A DNA stretch of 64,000 nucleotides from Pseudogemmobacter hezensis. Its GTDB lineage: Bacteria > Pseudomonadota > Alphaproteobacteria > Rhodobacterales > Rhodobacteraceae. The stretch spans positions 241,434-305,433 of the forward strand of contig NZ_JABJXT010000002.1 of the NCBI RefSeq assembly GCF_013155295.1. Direction: 5' to 3'. Position 1 is the first letter of the stretch. Each line of letters starts with the position of its first letter. The translations under genes and the position numbers were made by a program. The notes beneath the pieces are model-generated. The model did not search any database. It worked only from the letters and a program-made list of their open reading frames with translations, and was not told the DNA's origin. Below, one piece after another: positions 60,562 through 64,000 of the stretch.

Positions 60562-60692
60562 CAGAAACTGTGACTGGTGCCAATGCGAAGGCTGCCCGAG
60601 AAAGAGGTGGTTTCCTCGGGATGCTTCGGCTCGCCGCCGACACCGCAGGCGGCCAGCAAAGCGGTCAGGGTGAGGGCGGCGATAATGCGCAT
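60561..60692 (-). CDS. Tiny lipoprotein (43 aa), absent from the ORF track
   Basis: Own translation: MRIIAALTLTALLAACGVGGEPKHPEETTSFSGSLRIGTSHSF. Canonical lipobox LAAC. Translationally coupled to the next ORF. Confidence 0.45.
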   Translation of the reverse strand: MRIIAALTLTALLAACGVGGEPKHPEETTSFSGSLRIGTSHSF

Positions 60693-60749
60693 GGAGGCTC
60701 CTGATACGGGGCGCGGTTATGGGGCGCGGCCTTGATGGGGCAGCCTGGC

Positions 60750-62153
60750 TCAGGCCAGCGCAGCTTTCCAGCGGGCGATCTGCTCACGCACCCGGACAGG
60801 CGCGGTTCCGCCGTAGGAAAGGCGTGAATTGACCGAGTTTTCCACGCCAAGCACGGTGAAAACCTCATCCGTGATGCCAGGATGCACCGATTGCATCTGC
60901 GCGAGTGTCAGATCCGGCAGGTCGATCCCGGCCTTCTCGGCCATGCCGACCAGGGTGCCGGTCACGTGATGCGCCTCGCGGAAGGGCAGATTCAGGCGGC
61001 GCACCAGCCAGTCGGCCAGATCGGTCGCGGTGGAAAAGCCGCTGGCCGCCGCCGCGGTCAGGCTGTCGCGGTTCGCCGCCATGTCAGAGACCATGCCCGT
61101 CATCGCGGCCAGCCCCAGCATCAGATTGTCGGCAGCGTCAAAAACCTGCTCTTTGTCTTCCTGCATGTCCTTGGAATAGGTCAGGGCAAGGCCTTTCATG
61201 ATGGTGAACAGCGCCACCGTCGCCCCCAGAATCCGGCCCAGTTTCGCGCGCAAAAGCTCTGCCGCGTCGGGGTTTTTCTTTTGCGGCATGATCGAGGATC
61301 CGGTGGTCCAGCGATCTGAAAGCCGCACAAAGCGGAACTGCGCCGAGGACCAGATCACCAGCTCTTCGGCAAAGCGCGACAGATGCATGGCGGTGATCGA
61401 AGAGGCCGACAGAAACTCCAGCGCGAAATCACGGTCAGAAACCGAATCGAGGCTGTTCGCGGTGGGGCGGTCAAAGCCAAGCGCCTCGGCCGTTGCATGG
61501 CGATCAATCGGGAAGCTGGTCCCCGCCAGCGCTGCCGCGCCCAGCGGGCATTCATTCATGCGCTTGCGCGCATCCTCAAACCGCGAGCGGTCGCGGGCGA
61601 ACATCTCGACATAGGCCATCATGTGATGGCCCCAGGTCACCGGCTGCGCGGTCTGCAGATGGGTGAAGCCGGGCATCACCCAGTCAGCCCCCTGTTCCGC
61701 CTGGGCGACAAAGGCCCGCATCAAAGCGGTCAGGCCAGAGATTGCCGCATCACACTGGTCGCGCACCCAAAGACGGAAATCGACCGCCACCTGATCATTG
61801 CGCGAACGCCCGGTGTGCAGACGCTTGCCGGCCTCGCCGACGATCTCGGTCAGGCGCGATTCGACATTGAGGTGGATATCCTCCAGCTCGACCCGGAAGG
61901 GGAAATTCCCGGCCTCGATTTCTGACAAGACGGTGAGCAGGCCTTCCCGGATCACCTTTGCATCGTTATCGGTAAGGATGCCCTGCGCCGCCAGCATCGC
62001 GGCATGGGCACGCGAGCCAGCAATGTCCTGGGCGTAAAGCCGTTTGTCGAAACCGATCGAGGCGTTGATCGCCTGCATGATCGCATCCGGCCCTTCGGCG
62101 AAACGCCCGCCCCACATCTGGTTTGCGGCTTTGGACTGGTCAGATGCGCTCAT
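60750..62153 (-). CDS. argH: Argininosuccinate lyase
   Basis: '[35 protein letters not shown]' and '[12 protein letters not shown]' motifs. Start at ATG 62153. Confidence 0.95.
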   Translation of the reverse strand: MSASDQSKAANQMWGGRFAEGPDAIMQAINASIGFDKRLYAQDIAGSRAHAAMLAAQGILTDNDAKVIREGLLTVLSEIEAGNFPFRVELEDIHLNVESRLTEIVGEAGKRLHTGRSRNDQVAVDFRLWVRDQCDAAISGLTALMRAFVAQAEQGADWVMPGFTHLQTAQPVTWGHHMMAYVEMFARDRSRFEDARKRMNECPLGAAALAGTSFPIDRHATAEALGFDRPTANSLDSVSDRDFALEFLSASSITAMHLSRFAEELVIWSSAQFRFVRLSDRWTTGSSIMPQKKNPDAAELLRAKLGRILGATVALFTIMKGLALTYSKDMQEDKEQVFDAADNLMLGLAAMTGMVSDMAANRDSLTAAAASGFSTATDLADWLVRRLNLPFREAHHVTGTLVGMAEKAGIDLPDLTLAQMQSVHPGITDEVFTVLGVENSVNSRLSYGGTAPVRVREQIARWKAALA

Positions 62154-62189
62154 TTGGCTCGGGCCCCGGGTCAGAGAAGGAAGATCGAA

Positions 62190-62732
62190 ATGCGGATGTT
62201 TGTGGCTGCTCTTTATACCGCGCTGGCGCTTGGTGCAAATGCGGCCATGGCCGAAGATGTGGCCAGCCTGCGCACGGGCGATATGAAAAAGCTCGCATTG
62301 CATGAGGCGCCGGTCGGGATCGCCCCGGTCGAACTGCTGACCATGGAGGACGCCCCCGCATCGCTGACGGATTATCGCGGCAAATGGGTGGTCCTGAATT
62401 TCTGGGCCACCTGGTGCGCGCCGTGCCGGGCCGAGATGCCGTCACTTGCGCGGCTGCAGGCGGATATGCCCGGGCTGGTGGTGCTGCCGGTTGCGACAGG
62501 CCGCAATGAGCCCGCCGCGATCCGCCGCTTTTATGATGAGGCCGGCCTGAGCAATCTGCCGACCTTGCGCGACCCCAAATCAGCGCTGTCGCGGCAAATG
62601 GGGGTGATGGGCCTGCCGGTCACCGTGATCCTGAACCCCGAGGGGGAAGAGGTTGCCCGGTTGATCGGTGATGCCGAATGGGACAGCGACAGCGCGAAAG
62701 CGGTGCTTTCGGCGCTGACGGCCAACCACTAG
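62190..62732 (+). CDS. TlpA-like periplasmic thiol:disulfide oxidoreductase (thioredoxin fold, WCxPC)
   Basis: Signal peptide, then '[17 protein letters not shown]'. AGAAGGAAG Shine-Dalgarno before ATG 62190. Divergent from argH. Confidence 0.8.
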   Translation: MRMFVAALYTALALGANAAMAEDVASLRTGDMKKLALHEAPVGIAPVELLTMEDAPASLTDYRGKWVVLNFWATWCAPCRAEMPSLARLQADMPGLVVLPVATGRNEPAAIRRFYDEAGLSNLPTLRDPKSALSRQMGVMGLPVTVILNPEGEEVARLIGDAEWDSDSAKAVLSALTANH

Positions 62733-62789
62733 CGCAATCCGTTTTGTTGCAACAAAACGGGCCGATTTCCTCCAGGAAATCGATTGCGC
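62732..62789. terminator. Nested palindromes between the convergent tlpA-like gene and xthA (candidate bidirectional terminator)
   Basis: Outer arms GCGCAATC...GATTGCGC enclose CCGTTTTGTTG|CAACAAAACGG and GATTTCC-tcca-GGAAATC. Confidence 0.5.
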
Positions 62790-63577
62790 TACAGATCGAA
62801 TGTCGCAAATACAGGAACGTGATCAGAGGGTTGCGTCCATCCGCGCGCGTCACGCAAAATCCGCGAGCCTTGGGCCGCGCCTGAGATGTCAGGCGTCGCC
62901 CAGATATGGTCAAGCCTCCGACCCTTATCGGCACCATCCCAGTCTGCGGCGCGATAGCTCCACCAGGAATAGAGTTTGCCCTCGGGAATATCCTGGCGCG
63001 TCACATCGACCCATTTTCCGGCGTCCTGCGCTGCCGCCAGATGCTCGACCTCAATCGGCGTATGGCTGACGATTTTCAGCAGCTTTTTGTGATCCCAGAC
63101 ATCATCTTCGCGCGGGGCGATATTCAGATCCCCGACCAGGATCGCACGCTCTGGGCGATCCGCATGGAACACATCGCGCATCTCGGTCAGGAAATCCAGC
63201 TTCTGACCGAATTTCACATTCTGCTCACGGTCGGGGATGTCACCTCCTGCCGGAACATAGAAATTGTGGATCGTCACACCGTTTTCCAGTCTGGCCGCCA
63301 CGTGCCGCGCATGGCCCAGCGTCGCATAGTCGCGGTCGCCAGCATCCTCCAGCGGCAGTTTCGACAGGATCGCCACACCGTTATAGCCCTTCTGGCCACG
63401 CGCCACGAGATGCCGATAGCCAAGCGCATCAAAGACCTCTCTCGGGAACTTGTCGATCGGGGTTTTGATTTCCTGCAGGCACAGGACATCCGGCGCGTCA
63501 TCAGACAGCAGCTTTGCCACCAGCCCCTCGCGCAGACGCACAGAGTTGATGTTCCAGGTGGCAAGGGTAAAGCTCAT
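62789..63577 (-). CDS. xthA: Exodeoxyribonuclease III
   Basis: 'MSFTLATWNINSVRLR', 'VLCLQEIK' and 'GDLNIAPREDDVWD' motifs and the catalytic 'SDHVPV' C-terminus. AGGAGAG Shine-Dalgarno. Confidence 0.9.
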   Translation of the reverse strand: MSFTLATWNINSVRLREGLVAKLLSDDAPDVLCLQEIKTPIDKFPREVFDALGYRHLVARGQKGYNGVAILSKLPLEDAGDRDYATLGHARHVAARLENGVTIHNFYVPAGGDIPDREQNVKFGQKLDFLTEMRDVFHADRPERAILVGDLNIAPREDDVWDHKKLLKIVSHTPIEVEHLAAAQDAGKWVDVTRQDIPEGKLYSWWSYRAADWDGADKGRRLDHIWATPDISGAAQGSRILRDARGWTQPSDHVPVFATFDL

Positions 63578-63698
63578 AACTCTCTCCTGTCGGCTGACTT
63601 GCGGCGCGACACTATGCGCAGCCAGGCACAAAAGATAGCCCAGAGCCGGACAAAGGCAGTTCCCGCAAATCCTGATCCGAAAGACAGATCCGTGCGAT

Positions 63699-63725
63699 AA
63701 AAAAAGGCCGGGCAAAAGCCCGGCC
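63699..63725 (-). terminator. Intrinsic terminator for the minus-strand regulator gene at the window edge
   Basis: On the minus strand: GGCCGGGC-tttt-GCCCGGCC followed by TTTTTTT. Confidence 0.55.
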
Positions 63726-63911
63726 AGTCCAACAGGGAGGATGCCGTGCCATAACCCCGACACGGCAAGGGGAACTCATGCGCCTGAAACTGCGACAACT
63801 GCGCCAGGCCCTGATCGCCAGTATTCATCGCAAAACATTAATCCACGATGAATCAAGCGACATTATGACAGGAAATTGCGTCATTTGCAGGTCTGGTTTG
63901 CTGACCACAGT

Positions 63912-64000
63912 TCAGGAGGCCAGCCGATAGCCGCCGCTTTCGGTGATCAAAAGCCGCGCATTTGAGGGATCTGGCTCAATTTTCTGGCGCAGGCGATAGA
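63912..64000 (-). CDS. 3' end of an OmpR-family response-regulator gene running off the window
   Basis: Minus-strand frame ends '...YRLRQKIEPDPSNARLLITESGGYRLAS*', matching the OmpR/PhoB winged-helix C-terminus (RKIE....P..I.TVRG.GYRL). Confidence 0.4.
   Translation of the reverse strand, partial: YRLRQKIEPDPSNARLLITESGGYRLAS

Noticed and set aside
63781-63933. About 50-codon plus-strand ORF (MRLKLRQLRQALIASIHRK...) after the xthA promoter region
   Set aside because: It overlaps the C-terminal coding region and terminator of the minus-strand OmpR-type regulator. It has no Shine-Dalgarno and no recognisable features. Likely noise.

Overview
This window is 64 kb of high-GC (roughly 65%) DNA that looks like a core chromosomal segment of an alphaproteobacterium. 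A Rhodobacteraceae-like origin is my inference from gene content: an Mcl1-type malyl-CoA lyase starting 'MSFRLQP', Hint-domain and RTX-repeat secreted proteins, an adjacent MarR/OmpR regulator pair, and AT-rich palindromic terminators. I support about 70 protein-coding genes, tightly packed on both strands. They include glnD-murJ, trpS, proC, a Zn/Cd-type P1B ATPase, and a minus-strand sulfur-handling operon (MBL hydrolase, two YeeE/YedE half-proteins, SulP-STAS). Further genes are mtgA, queG, ohr, ilvE, xseB-ispA-dxs, lpxK-waaA, an SPFH/NfeD pair, pmbA-like, pheS, rplT, rpmI, pyk, dat with a dipeptide epimerase, mcl1, accA, plsC-ftsX-ftsE, lysA, argH, tlpA-like and xthA. I see no rRNA, tRNA, CRISPR array, transposase, integrase or phage genes. 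All coordinates were derived by hand from the ORF track and the raw sequence. Many long ORFs in the track are antisense artefacts of the GC bias and were discarded. I do not recognise a complete, obviously novel multi-gene system such as a defence island or secretion locus. The most unusual signals are: (1) a dense cluster of DnaA-box-like 9-mers, including a perfect TTATCCACA and a perfect 12-bp-arm palindrome, in an AT-rich 400-bp spacer between trpS and a ybjN-like gene; (2) an opposite-strand GT61/DUF563 glycosyltransferase gene sitting inside the rpmI-rplT-pheS cluster, next to 15-bp tandem repeats in the pheS leader; (3) a 4.5-copy 14-bp tandem repeat in a divergent promoter; (4) three back-to-back perfect AT-rich palindromes that fill the whole dxs/lpxK convergent spacer; (5) a MerR-type operator in front of the metal ATPase with no regulator nearby; (6) a Met/His-rich secreted protein beside the sulfur operon; (7) two tiny translationally coupled lipoprotein genes between argH and lysA, one absent from the ORF track; (8) a rhomboid-like membrane protein that seems to lack the canonical Ser/His dyad.
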